Of a stretch of 64,000 nucleotides of DNA, positions 23,902 through 36,430 are shown in pieces. Where the stretch lies: assembly GCA_036785375.1 (NCBI GenBank), contig JAWMAR010000868.1, positions 124,001 to 188,000 on the forward strand, written 5' to 3'. The stretch is from Leucoraja ocellata (Eukaryota). Made by a program: the position numbers and the translations under genes. How positions within the stretch are numbered: the stretch's first letter is position 1; the number at the start of each line of letters is the position of its first letter. A model generated the notes under the pieces. It was not told the origin of the DNA. It worked only from the letters and a program-made list of their open reading frames with translations, and searched no databases.

Positions 23902-24736
23902 CAAAGATCTTATAGCAGAGCAAGATGGGTTACTCTCACGCAAACGTGTAGTAGTTCATGGGCCGATTCATGGGTGATTATATGACCCATTTTAGCAACC
24001 AGCCCCCGCCATCTTGTTCCGCCATCTTGCTTCCGGTCAAAGATCGGATCTTTGTTTCCGCAGCGGGGAGAGGGGGTGTGGGGCCCGGGGAGAGGGAGTG
24101 TGGGGCCCGGGGAGAGGGAATGTGGGGCCCGGGGATAAGGCCTAGTGTGTGTGAAGTTGCGGGGAGGTTTACAATGTTTCTTATTTAATGTCCCTTGTCT
24201 AGTCTGAAATAATGTTCATCATTGGATCAGAAGAAATATAATTGCGTGTGTTATATGATTATATACATTTATATCACATTCATGTATGTGTGTTTGTAAA
24301 CATTTTATTCTTTAACAAGAATTAACAGAATTATGAACTAACAGAATTATGAATCTAACCCTATATCACGCACAAAAACTTCCCCCACAATGTCAATTAC
24401 CCTGCGAGTCGGGTCGGTTCCGGTTTCTACAAAATCAACTCAAACACTGCTTGTGAGCCATTTAAAAAGAAATGTTTTGAAATATATTAAAAAAGACAAT
24501 TACCAGAGACAAATTTTATTCTAGCAAGAAGTATGAACTGACAGAATGATGAATCTAACCCTATATCACACACACAAACTGTTCATTGATTACACTGCGA
24601 GTCGGGTCGGGTCGGGTCGGGTCAGGTTACTAAAATGTGTGGGGAAAAATGCCCAGGATCCCCTCCGTAGCGTACTACACGTCAGTCCATTATATTTAGC
24701 AGGAGTAGCCTATCTTGCTCCGCTATAAGATCTTTG
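23902..24736. mobile_element. Non-autonomous DNA transposon with ~34-bp TIRs and 8-bp TSD (P-superfamily-like)
   Basis: TIR caaagatcttatagc(a/g)gagcaagat(g/a)gg(t/c)tactc at both ends. TSD ctggtgac (23894-23901) and ctggtaac (24737-24744). Confidence 0.88.
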
Positions 24737-25323
24737 CTGGTAACCGTCGGGAGAACCGGGAGCACCCGGTCATTCTTGGGATGAAAGCGGCGCCCGAGCA
24801 GGCAGGGTGAGCTGCGGACACAGAGTGCTGGAGTAACTCAGCGGACACTCACCCATGTTCTCCTGAGATGCTGCCTGTCCAACCCAGTTACACCAGCACT
24901 GTGATTTTTTATTATAAACCAGCATCTACAGTTCCTTGTGTCTCCAAGTTCAACTGCAGGTTCGTTTTCATTCTCGAGAGAGCGGCTGATGAGCTGCGCG
25001 GGTCAGTGCCCCGCTGTACTCAAAGCTCATGTGACGGGCAATGGAACCCAAACGTGTTAGAGGTGTGAAGGCATTCCTGGAATTGGACGCCAAAGGTGAA
25101 AGATCCGGACTGGGACTCCACAGTGGGATGAGCAGTGAGAACACGCTTGGGACCGGGAACCATGTCAGCAGAGTCGACGCCCCACACTGCGCGCTTCAGG
25201 GACATTACTGATCATCTCTCCGTCTGTAGACAGCAGTCATCTCGCAAGTAGCATTAAAGGCCTTCAGTAACAATCAGTCTCAGTAGCCGCACTCTTAACG
25301 CAGTGAAGGTTAAGCGAGGTTAC

Positions 25324-25356
25324 CTGAAGGGTCCGCCTGACAATCCCCGGGGCGGC
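25324..25356 (-). CDS. 33-nt second leader exon (S)RPGDCQADPS(E)
   Basis: Strong polypyrimidine acceptor ctcattctttatttctcatttcag| and donor CAG|GTAACC. Phase 1-1, in frame with SRCR1. Confidence 0.65.
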
Positions 25357-25589
25357 CTGAAATGAGAAATAAAGAATGAGATTTGACTGTGTGACGGGTG
25401 GAGTGATGGGGTTGGGATGTTGGAGCGAATGGGTCCATGGGGATGTGGGCATCTCATTAATGAAACCATCACCGGAAAAAGTCCCGATAGTAACCTGAGA
25501 GGCAGCGTTCCGAACCGCTACAGAGAATTGTTTCACCTTCCCACCTGCTTCAATGAAGCATCTTTAAAACAGTAACATCTAAAAGTTAC

Positions 25590-25644
25590 TGTAAATGAGT
25601 ATCAGCAGTCAAAAAATCGTATCGTGTCTCTTTTGTAATAACAT
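25590..25644 (-). CDS. Putative signal-peptide exon with in-frame stop: MLLQKRHDTIF*LLILIY(S)
   Basis: ATG at 25644, hydrophobic core, phase-1 donor A|GTAACT joining in frame to the next mini-exon. TGA at 25611-25609. Confidence 0.5.
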
Positions 25645-25699
25645 GTATTGTTAGATCTACAGAGATCTGGCTACAATTTACCGATGTGGTAAATTGGTC

Positions 25700-26470
25700 C
25701 ATGACGGCCAGATTATCCCATCTAAGCATGTTCCATTTGCCCACGTTTGGCCCATGTCTCTCTAAAACGTTCGAATGCTTGTACCTGATCACTGAATTTT
25801 AAACACAGTAAGTACCTTAAATCTCTGCCCCAGCAGCCTCCCCTGGCAGCTTGTTCCATATACCCACCACCCTGTGTCTGGAAAAAACGTCCCTCTGGAT
25901 CCTTTCCCGTCTCATCTTAGAAACATAGAAACATAGAAAATAGGCGCAGGAGTAGGCCATTCGGCCCTTCGAGCCTGCACTGCCATTCAATATGATCATG
26001 GCTGATCATCCAACTCAGTATCCTGTTCCTGCCTTCTCTCCATACCCCCTGATCCCTTTAGCCACAAGGGCCACATCTAACTCCCCCGTAAATATAGCCA
26101 ATGAACTGGCCTCAACTACCTTCTGCGGCAGAGAATTCCAGAGATTCACCACTCTGTGTGAAAAAGGTTTTCCTCACCTCGGTTCTAAAAGATTTCCCCC
26201 TTATCCTTAAACTGTGATCCCTTAAACATTTAGCCTCTGTTATTTTAATTTATCCTATCCTGGTTTTAAAAACTCTGTGTCATTCACCTTATTAATTCCT
26301 CTCGTGATTATATGCGCCTCCATCGCCCCTTGGTCTCCTGCGCTCCAAGGAATAAAGTCCTAGCTTGCCCAATCTCTCTCTACAGCTCGGGTCCTTAAGT
26401 GCTGGAAATGTTCTCGTAAATCTTCACTGCATTCTTTCCATCTTAATGGCATCCTTTCTACACCAGGGTG
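25700..26470 (-). mobile_element. Nested CR1 3' fragments
   Basis: A young copy with a (CATAGAAA)n tail at about 25918-26225 sits inside an older CR1 3' end. Confidence 0.8.
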
Positions 26471-28476
26471 ACCCTTTGGAACGACAGGGAACAATATACA
26501 TGGAAAGTGGGCCGTCGGGCCACGACAACTCTCCTATCGCCTCTGGTGAACTACCAGGTTCGGGCACATTTTACGTAGGATTGAAAATATATTGTGTTGC
26601 CACTCTGATATTTCGCATGGGAAATTTTATAATGCAATTCACAGTGATCAACCCAGTCCTTATTCCCCTAAAAAAAAGTTTTCATTTTTTTCAGTTTTCG
26701 GTGCATATGACAGTTTAAAAATAAACCCCACTCTTGAAATAGCTCCTGTCTGTGAGGTTCACACTGTCACGAGTTCAGATTCTCATTTCAATTTTACTTT
26801 CCACAGGCGATACAAAGTGAACTGACCCGTGTGCCAAACTCCATCATTTTAATTTTCTGCGGACAGCCACTCCTTCATTTCCCCTCCAACAACATTTACG
26901 ATGATATTCCCTCCGATGCATTTGCAGGATATTTTTTCTTTGTTCAACACCGTCTACCACATGATGGACATATGACCTGATCCCACACTACTGAAGATAT
27001 TCTGCCCCCGATTTCTATACTACTTTCCAGTATCTTAATACAGGTGCGGCGATGCTAATATTTACGACTCTATTACTCTATTTATTTTCAGATTTGCTTG
27101 TGGAGAATGCTTGAATGATATTCCAACGTTACACGTTGGTTCGTTTGTGCCCTGCGTTGTCCAGCAATAACTGGGCACGACTTGCTCCCACACCTGAGTG
27201 CTGTTATCCACTTGGCTCCAGGGACAGATACTGTCTCACCAGTTGCCATTTCCTATTAACCGATTTTCAAGAAGTGGGGAAAGTCTATTTACGTTCACAG
27301 TTTCAAACCCGCGTTACAATTTGTGAATCTAGATAATGTTATTCAATTCTATGCCTTTCACCGATTGCACAAACTCGGCCCGTGAACAATGCAGTGGACA
27401 ATTGATCGCATGCACAATGGGCTCATTAATTTAGTGTTATATCTCACGAAGTAATAATAATATGAACAGCACAATCGTATCTGACGATTTGGGAATCATT
27501 AGGATCATATTTTCTCAGACGTGTATTACGATTATTCAAGTATTTAATGCACACGGAAGCAGTACCATTACACATCATGTATAAAACACAGTTCTCATTC
27601 TAAACTTCTAAGGACAAGAAGGAGACCATTCAGCCCATCGGCTCCATACCAAGCACTGTACAACAGTCTCGTTGATTTAATTTACCCTCTCCTTATTTCC
27701 CTTCATTCGGGCCCATCAACCCTTCTTTCATCCGTTTGACCATTCTACTCAAGATAATTTACAGTAGGTAATTAAACTACGTAGCAACAAATCATTGGGA
27801 TGCGCGAAGAAACGCGAGCACCCGGGCAAACGCGCACAGTCACAGGGAAGATGCAAGTGTAATAGCGTGTTATACAGCACCGGTGGTAAGGAATGAACCG
27901 AGATCGCTACTACTGGGTGGAAGCAGCGGTAGTAAAATTAAATAGAGGATACCGATAACGTGCTCCTTCCAACCAGTAGAGCCACTGCAGGCAGCGTCAT
28001 AGACCCGAGTTCAATGCCGACCTCGGGTGCTGTCAGTGTGGATTTTGCACGTTCTCCTAGTGCCTGTGTGGGTTTCCCCCGCGCGTTCTGTTTTTGTCCT
28101 ACATTCAAAACCGGGCATTTACCCACTGTAAATATTCCCTCATGTGCATGAGTGGCAGTATCTTTGGGGAATTGATGAGAACGGGAAATATAAAACAGGA
28201 TTAATGATGCAATTGGATGTTTGCTGCTCGCCTGAGACTCGCTGGTCAATGGGTCTTTCCATGTTGTTTGTTTAAACCAGAATCTGCAGTTCCTTCCTAC
28301 ACATTTACTTAGATGCCAACGTGGTGTCAATTACACAGGCTCCAACAATATTCAATGACGTGATGTTATCTTAACGACAAAATCAGAAGCAAAGTTGGTG
28401 TTTGATTTAGCCAGCGCCCAATTTCTGCCGATAATTCACGGATGAATATGTCCTGCTTTTGTTTTCTGATTTGTAT

Positions 28477-31400
28477 AATGAGGTGGACGGGAATTGAGAA
28501 ACAACAGCGGAATATATGCCTGAATTTATCTATAAAGCGTCAAATGAGATAAATCTTCAAAACAAAGAAGTAAAACTCTGAAACTCTCAACAGAGAGAAA
28601 ACAGAGGTGAGTTCTGTACATCAGTCCCAACGTGGACTGTTTTACTTTCCTCAGAAGCTGCGGCCCCGCCGAAGGTTCAGTTTGCGCGTCTCACTGGCTC
28701 ATTATGTATTTAACACGAGGTATATGTAGGAGATAAAATATCAAGGCGAAATTTGTGACGGAAATCTGCACTGAAACTTTAACCACCATAGAACAAGTGA
28801 AAAGCAATTTAAATAAAATTGCAACATCTCTCTAACTGCGATTCTCCGCCGAAACAGAATGGCGAATGTACAAATGCCCCGAGAAATAAATGTGTTGCTA
28901 CTAATAGCCGGACACGCATAGTGCCAAACTGAAAAGTCCGTTAATATATAATGTGACGCAATTGAAGATCATTGACCCTGTGTGGAAATGTCAGCGTCAA
29001 TATCAGCGAAAATTAATAAAACCTTTCCACCAACAGTATACTAACTACATTTTATAAATATGCTCAGTTCACAGTGTGACATGGTGGATAAAAATACCTG
29101 CAACTGATCACTATCAGCGGCAAGAATCTGTGTGCGGCTTCAGGCAGCAAAAGCTGCAGCTTTGGATGCTGTTGTTCACCTCAAGGAGTTTATACTCTCC
29201 GGACTCCGATGTCATCTGCCCCAACAGTGACCGCCCTATACCTTTGATAAATTCAGATTAATAATCTGTTTCTGAATTGCAGTACACAAGACCCGAGCCT
29301 TGCGGGTTGACTGATCTGTGACTGAAGAAAATTCCCGTGGATGAAATATCACGTTTAAATCTGTTTTCAAAAATCTGAATGGGAAGTTAAATGTGTTAAT
29401 CTTGGCGACATTATCCAAATATGTAGCCTATTCCGACGGAATTGTGCGACTGTTAAACAAGGACACAAATAGCAAACATTAGAAAATAACTAATTAATTA
29501 TAGAAAGCAAATAACACATTTCAATATTCCATTCAGCCGTTGTCAACGTGAATGAGCCTATTGTTTTAATCCACTCTGCTCCTGTGCCCTCATTACAAAA
29601 CACCCAAAGCCCTGATCTGGACAGGTGGAAAATTCACACGTGAAGACATTTTTCATCACTTTAATAGATCACTATGTTTTCATCACAACATTTAGAGATA
29701 CAGACATAAAGGGCTGCAGTAACCCAGCGGGTCAGGCAGCATCAGTTTGAAGAAGGGGGGCGATTTGAAACGTCACCTATCCATGTTCTCCAGAGACGCT
29801 GCCTGACACGATGTGTTATTCCAACAAATTGAGTTTTTTTGTAAACCAGCATCTGCAGGCCCTCGTGTCTCCATTCGGAGATACATATTTTCTGATCGAC
29901 ATATCAAACAGAGACAAACTGAAGTTAGCTGTTAATAGAAAATGCAGGACGTGGAGCAAGTGGAAGCAACTGAAAAACGTATCGGTATTTCATCAAACGC
30001 AACTGAATATTCTGCAGAAAATTCAATATAGGCGAATCGATTTCAAAAGAAAGGAGATGTAAAGATTGCCGAAAGTCTACTCGATCAGGCAATGTGCATT
30101 TCCCTTTGATGGAGTTTATAACATAAACCTTAACCAAAACCGTGAACATTGAGAAACTATACGATCGACTGAACGTGGCACTAAATAGAAGCGTCAATGA
30201 GGTGGACGGGGATTGAGAAACAACAGCTGAATATGTGCCTGAATTAATCTAAAAAGCAGCAAATGGGAGAAATCTTCAAAACAGAGGTAACACTCTGAAA
30301 CACTCAGTACCCGTGGAAAGAGAAACAAATGTGATTTGTTCTCTGCTGTTCTTTCCACAAATTCTGTCCATCAGTCCCAACGTGGACTATTATACTTTCC
30401 TCAGCAGCTGCTGCCCCGCCGAAACTTCTGTTTACACGTCTCTCTCCATCTCCCTCTCTCTCTGTCTGTCTGTCTGTGTCTCTCTCTCATTGAGCATTTA
30501 ACACGAGGTACATGAATGAGATTAAACATCAAGCTGAATTTTATCACGGAAATCTGCACTAAACTTTCAAGCTGAATCGAAGAAGTGAATTTGCAACATC
30601 TCACAAATTGCAATTCTCCACATAAACAAAATGGAGAATGCAAAAATGCCCCGAGCAAAATGAGTTGCTACTTATCGCCGCACATACACAGGGGCAAAGT
30701 GAAAACTCAGTTTAATATATAATGTCACCCATTTGAAGATAATTGTAGGCAAATTAAACTCTACCGCTGTGTGGAAATGTCGGTGTCAATATCCTTCCTA
30801 GTGAGTGATTAAGATTAATGACAAAATGAATGTTAATTTTAGCAGTGTTCATTCTACATCGATGTGCCTTCTAATGATGTAAAATTAATAAAACATTTCC
30901 AACAACACGATATTAACTACAATTTATAAATATGCTCCGCTCACTCTATGACATGGTGGACAAAAAATCTGCAACTGATCACTATCAGCGACAGGAATCT
31001 GTGTGCGGCTTCAGTCAGCAACAGCTGCAGCTTTGGATGCTGTTGTTCACCTCAAGGAGTTTACAGTCTCTGGACCCCGATGTACTCTGCCCCAACAGTG
31101 ACCGCCCTATATCTCTGATCAATTCGGATTAATAATCTCTTTCTGAATTGCAGTACACAAGACCCGAGTCTTGCGGGTGGACTGATCTGTGACTGAAGAA
31201 AATTCCCGTAGATGAAATTTCACGTTTAAATCTGTTTGACAAAATCGGAATGGGACGTTAAATGTGTTAATCTCGGCGACATTATCCAAACACACACTGT
31301 TCCGGCAGAAGTCAGCAACTAGTTACCAAATGGCTCAGTTAGAAAATATTAAAAAATAATGAATTATTTAAAAAAATAATTGCCACACTTGAATAGTCCA

Positions 31401-31768
31401 CTTCTCCCGTCATAAATTTGAAGTATATGAGCATATTTTCTCATCTCTGCTCCTGTGCTCTCATTATAAAAACACACAAACCCCTGATGTGGACAGGTGG
31501 GCATTTCACACGTGGCAGAAATTTCTCATCAAGTTAATAAATCACTATTTTATTAATCACAACATTTAGTGATAAGCCACAAAGTGCTGGAGTGACTCAG
31601 TGGATCAGGCAGCAACAGTTTGAAGAAGGGTCCCGACCCGAAATGTCATCTATCCAAGTTCTCCAGAGACTCTGCCTGACCCGCTGTGTTATTCGAGCAA
31701 ATTGTGTCTTTGTTCGTAAAGCAGCATCTTCAGGCCCTTGTGTCTCCATTCAGAGAATAAATATGTTC
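28477..31768. repeat. Tandem duplication of the promoter region (28477-29890 and 30196-31768)
   Basis: Both units start aatgaggtggacggg and end gtgtctccattc. Collinear with indels, and more diverged than the segmental duplication. Confidence 0.93.
29098..29340 (-). promoter_or_regulatory. Putative promoter and non-coding exon 1 of the SRCR gene
   Basis: Minus-strand order: NF-kB-like GGGAATTTTC (29336-29327), GC box GGGCGG (29236-29231), TATAAA (29194-29189), then donor CAG|GTATTT at 29098/29097. A matching acceptor tctctgtag| lies upstream of the leader ATG (exon start 25656). Confidence 0.45.
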
Positions 31769-32226
31769 TACTATCCACAGTCCATACACCACGACGTTCA
31801 ATTATGTAGCTATAAAGATACGGGAATATAGAGTATAATAATAAATATCATGTTAATTGATCACCGAATACTTTCAACATTCTCAATGAACTCACAGTTC
31901 CAAATCTGCAATACAACCAAAGTCAAGAAGGACCGCAGCATTCTCCCAGCGGCCAATTGCAGCGATGACACCAGGACTTCAACTGAACACCCACTACGGA
32001 CATAGAATGGTCTCTCCAAGATCTTCTGACACACTAACGTATACGAGAGTTAAGTCTTTGATAACTGTTTTCATAGTAAATGATGTTTTGCTCCAAACAA
32101 CCAATATATTTTGAACGAAGTAAGGCGTGAACTGCAGTCTGCTCGAATGCACCAATGAGAATGAACCTGCGCATTAATGGGTTTGTCCCATCCATTTTCT
32201 TTCTTTCGCCTTCTCTTGAGAAACCA

Positions 32227-33165
32227 ATGAAGGGATTAAAAGTAACTTTAACACACTTGCAGATGACACAAAGCTGGATGGGGGTGTGAACTGTGAGGAG
32301 GATGCTATGAGATTGCAGGGTGACCTGGTCAGGTTGGGTGAGTAGGCAGATGCATGGCAGATGCAGTTTAATGTGGATAAATGTGAGGTTATCCACTTAG
32401 GTGGCAAAAACAGGAAGGCAGATTATTATCTGAATTTTGACAAGTTGGGGAAAAGGGAAGCACAATAAGATCTTGGGTTCTTTGTTCATTAGTCACTGAA
32501 GTAAGCATGCAGGTACAGCAGGCAGTGAAGAAAGCGGATGGCATGGTGGCCTTCATAACAAGAGGAGTTGAGTATTGGAGCAAATAGGTCGTTCTGCAGT
32601 TGTACAGGGCCATAGTGAGACCACACTTGGAGTATTGTGTGCAGTTTTCTGGACAAATCTGTGGAAAGACATTCTTGCTATTGAGGGAGTGCAGAGTAGG
32701 TTAACGAGGTTATCTCCCGGGATGGCAGGACTGTCATATGTTGATAGAATGGAGTGGCTGGGCTTGTACACTCTGGAGTTTAGAAGGATGAGAGGTGATC
32801 TTATTGAAACAGAAAATATTATTAAGGGTTTGGACACGCTAGAGGCAGGAAACATGTTCCCGATGTTGGGGGAGTCCAGAACCAGGGGCTACCGTTTAAG
32901 AATAAAGGGTAAGCCATTAGATTGGAGATGAGGAATAACATTTTCACCCAGAGTGTTGTGAATCTGTGGAAATCTCTACCTGAGAAGGCAGTGGAGGCCA
33001 ATTCTCTGGATGCTTTCAAGAGAGAGTGAGATAGAGCTCTTAAAGATAGCAGTGTCAAGGGATATAGTGAGAAGGCAGGAATGGGGTATTAATTGTGGAT
33101 GATCAGCCATGATCACAGTGAATGGCGGTGCTGGCTCAAAGGGCCGAATGGCCTATTATCTATTG
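32227..33165 (+). mobile_element. CR1 LINE 3' fragment
   Basis: ADDTKL...DKCEV...FRRMRGDLIE; tail tatctattg. Confidence 0.9.
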
Positions 33166-33529
33166 AATTTGAAACGGAAATGTGTCACCCAGCCAATACC
33201 TGCATCCAAGAAGCATACAGTTAAAGAAGCTTACCGTCAGAGAGGAGATGGTTGATCCCAGTGTCCACAGTGTGATCCAGACCATGTGGGTGCTCTTCTC
33301 ATTTCCATCGTTCCACCACCAGGTGCTTTGGCAATTTGTAAACAGTTCAGAGCACCCAGCCCACCCGCACTCTCAGCAGCCGACTGAAAATACCACACCA
33401 TGCCAAATGCAGTTTTAATTCATTTTTATTATGTCCTTCATCACAGTTTACAATGCAGAAGAGAACAAAAATACTTCATACTCTCATGTTTTTATGTTCA
33501 TGTCATAGGAGCAGAATTAGGCCATTTGG

Positions 33530-33886
33530 CCCATCCTGGCCACTCACTCATCTCACCGCTGCCTTCAGGTAGAAGGTACAGGAGCCTGAAATCTACAACG
33601 TCCAGGTTCATGAACAGCTTCTTCCCCACAGCCATCAGACTATTAAACTGAAAGTCGAAATTTGTTAAATTCTCTGAACATTAATAGACCATTATCTGTT
33701 CATTTGCACTTTATCTGCTTATTTATTGATGTGTGTATATATTTATATAATGGTATATGGACTCACTGATATGTTCTGTATTCAAGCCTACTATGTTCTG
33801 TTGTGCTGAAGCAAAGCTAGAATTTCATTGTCCTATCTGGGACACATGACAATAAACTCTCTTGACTTGACTCGACTTGACTTGAC
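33530..33886 (+). mobile_element. Rex1/Babar-type LINE 3' end
   Basis: HPGHSLISPLPSGRRYRSLKSTTSRFMNSFFPTAIRLLN plus 3' UTR and (CTTGA)n tail. Confidence 0.8.
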
Positions 33887-34611
33887 AGTCAGTAAAACTT
33901 CCAACCTGTCCAAGTACTTCTGCAGACTCCCTGCTTCCTCTACATTAGCTACTCCTCCACCTATCTTTGCACGATCTCCAAACGGCCACATATCCATCAA
34001 TTTCCTCATCCAAATCATTGATAAATTATGTGAAGAGTAGCGGCCTCAACCCCGACCCCAACAGAACACCACTAGTCACCAGTAGCCTATCACAAAAAGT
34101 CCCTTTTCCCCACTCTTGGCCTTCTGCCATTCAGCCAACCTGCTATCCATGCAGGTATCTTCCCTCTAATATCTTGCACTCTCATCTTGTTTAGCAGCAT
34201 CACATGCGGCAAGTTATCCATCTGTCATAGAGTCATACAGCACGGAAACAGGCTCGACAGCCCCAATTGTCCATGCTCACCAAATTGCCCCATCTAAGCT
34301 AGTTCTCATTTGCACACATTTGACCCATATGGCTCTAAACCTTTCCTTTCATGTATCTCTCCATGTGTCTTTTAAATGCTGTTATAGTACCTGCCACAGC
34401 CACTGTCCCTCCGCTGGCAGATCGGACCAGAAAACCCACCATTCTCTGAGTAAAAAGGTTGTCCCTTGGATTTCTAAAGAATTTTTCCCTGTAACCATAA
34501 ACCTTTGTCATCTGGTTATTGATTTCCCTGCCCTAGATAAAAGATTGTGCATTAATGGGAAGGGCGGTGTTTCAGATGCTGGGGAGGGTGGGGGCGTGGT
34601 GTGGGTCAGGT

Positions 34612-35015
34612 GTGGGGGGGGGGGGGGGGGGTGAGAGGCAAGTACTGTGTGTGGGGGAGAGGCATGTGCTGTGTGTGTGTGTGGGTGGGGGGGGGGCAAG
34701 TACTGTACGTGGGGGAGGGGCAGGTACTGTATGTGGGGGAGGGGCAAGTGCTGTGTGGGGGAGGGGCAAGTGCTGTGTGTGTGTGGGGGAGGGGCAAGAA
34801 CTGCTCTGTCTGGGGGAGGGGAAAGTGCTGTGTGGGGGAGGGGCAAGTGCTGTGTGTGGGGGAGGGGCGAGTGCTGTGTGTGGGGGAGGGGCAAGAACTG
34901 CTCTGTCTGGGGGAGGGGCAAGTGCTGTGTGTGGGGGAGGGACAAGAACTGCTCTGTGTGGGGGAGGGGCAAGTGCTGTGTGTGGGGGCAATTGTTGTGT
35001 GTGGGGGGGGGCAAG
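34612..35015 (+). repeat. G-rich minisatellite (unit ~22-30 bp, core gtgggggaggggcaagtgctgt)
   Basis: Directly visible tandem repeats; they explain the stack of low-complexity ORFs. Confidence 0.95.
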
Positions 35016-35079
35016 TTCGTTTAGAAGATAACGTAAATTCTGCACTTGTGTGAGTCTTGTGATTGTTTTTTTCTTTCTT

Positions 35080-36430
35080 GGGTGAGTGCAGCGCAGGTGG
35101 CAGGTACATTGGTTCAATACTGCTCAATCAGGATGTGGGAAGGTAGGAAAACTGCTGGAGACTGTAACTATTATACCTGTAGTTATTGTGTCCAGATGCA
35201 GCTTGTTAAGGACTGTGATCGGAAGCAAGACATGCATCTGGATGACCTTTGGACTATCCAGGAGAATGAGAGCTTCTTTGATAAGATGTGCAGTGAAGTC
35301 ATAATGCCCAAGGTCCAGGAAGAGAGAGGGTGGGTGAGCATGAGAAAAGGAAATAGACAGGGAGTGCAGGTGACCTCTGTGGATCACCCCATATAGTGTA
35401 AACCCACCCATATAGTAGAGCCAACCTGCTTGCCTGGATATTTGTTCCCTTCCAGTTCAGGTGCAACTCATCCTTCTTGTACACGTCTGGATCAATTGGC
35501 CAGGTGGGCGGAAGAATGGTTGATGGAATTTAATACTGAGAAGTGTGAGGTGTTGCATTTTGGGATGTCGAACAAGGGCAGGACCTACACAGTAAATGGT
35601 AGGCCTCTGGGTAGTGTTGTAGAGCAGAGGGATCTAGGAGTACATGTGCACGGTTCCTTGAAGGTTGAGTCGCAGGTGGGTAGGGTGGTCAAAAAGGCTT
35701 TTGGCACTTTGGCCTTCATCAGTCAGAGTATTGAGTATAGAAGTTGGGAGATCATGTTGCAGTGTATAAGATGTTGGTGAGACCACATTTAGAATATTGT
35801 GTTCAGTTCTGGGCACCGTGTTATAGGAAAGATAATGTCAAGCTTGAATAGGTTCACAAAATATTTAAGTTGCCAGGACTGGGGGGTGCGACCTATAGAG
35901 GGGGGTTTAATAGGGTAATCTTATAGAGGTGTACACAATCATGAGAGGAATAGATCAGCAGATGCACTGTCTCTTGCCCAGAGTATTGGAATCGTGGACC
36001 ATATGTCATAGGTTCAAGGTGAAGGGGGAAAGATTTAGACAGGTACATGGGTAAGACAGGTTTGGAGATAGACCAAGCGCAAGCAAGTGGGACTAGTGTA
36101 GCTGGGACATTTTTGGCCGGGGTGGGCAAGTTGGGCCGAAGGGCCTGTGTCCACACTGTATGACTCTATGACTCTATGTAACCATATAGGTTGATGGCAG
36201 AGCTGTAGACATTTTCTACATAGATTTCAGCAAGGCATTTGATGAGGTACCGCATGGTAGGGGTTCTGGAAGGTTAGATCGCATGGGATCCAAAGATAGC
36301 TAATGGCCTGGATAGAAAATTGTTTTCATGGCAGGAAACAGAGGGTGATGGTGGAACATTGTTTTTTTGGACTTGAGGACTCTAAGTAGTGACGTGCCTC
36401 AAGGATTGGTGCTGGATCCACCAATGTAAA
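35080..36430. mobile_element. CR1 ORF1 relic (+), short inverted ORF1 esterase piece (-) and CR1 ORF2 fragments
   Basis: CSIRMWE...YTCSYCVQMQL...LDDLWTIQENESF (ORF1-like zinc finger/coiled coil); DELHLNWKGTNI on the minus strand at 35400-35484; FNTEKCEVLHFG on the plus strand. Confidence 0.75.

Larger units (their letters stand above)
7650..29160 (-). pseudogene. Group-B SRCR transmembrane receptor gene (CD163/WC1/SCART-like), 7 SRCR domains, probably partly inactivated
   Basis: Series of phase 1-1 exons of 312-318 nt, each encoding one SRCR domain, followed by TM and cytoplasmic exons with compatible splice phases. Pseudogene status is inferred from a TGA in the leader exon, a truncated SRCR3 exon and a missing donor at 9547. 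The family call is firm; the pseudogene call is less so. Confidence 0.7.

Noticed and set aside
24986-24992. CTGATGA hammerhead-like core (also at ~7882)
   Set aside because: No GAAA at the required position after a stem II.
27240-27252. Micro-exon with ATG GCA ACT G|GTGAGA as an alternative start
   Set aside because: It encodes no signal peptide and is too short to distinguish from chance.
34508-35127. Six overlapping long ORFs rich in Pro/His or Gly/Cys
   Set aside because: Translations of a G-rich tandem repeat.
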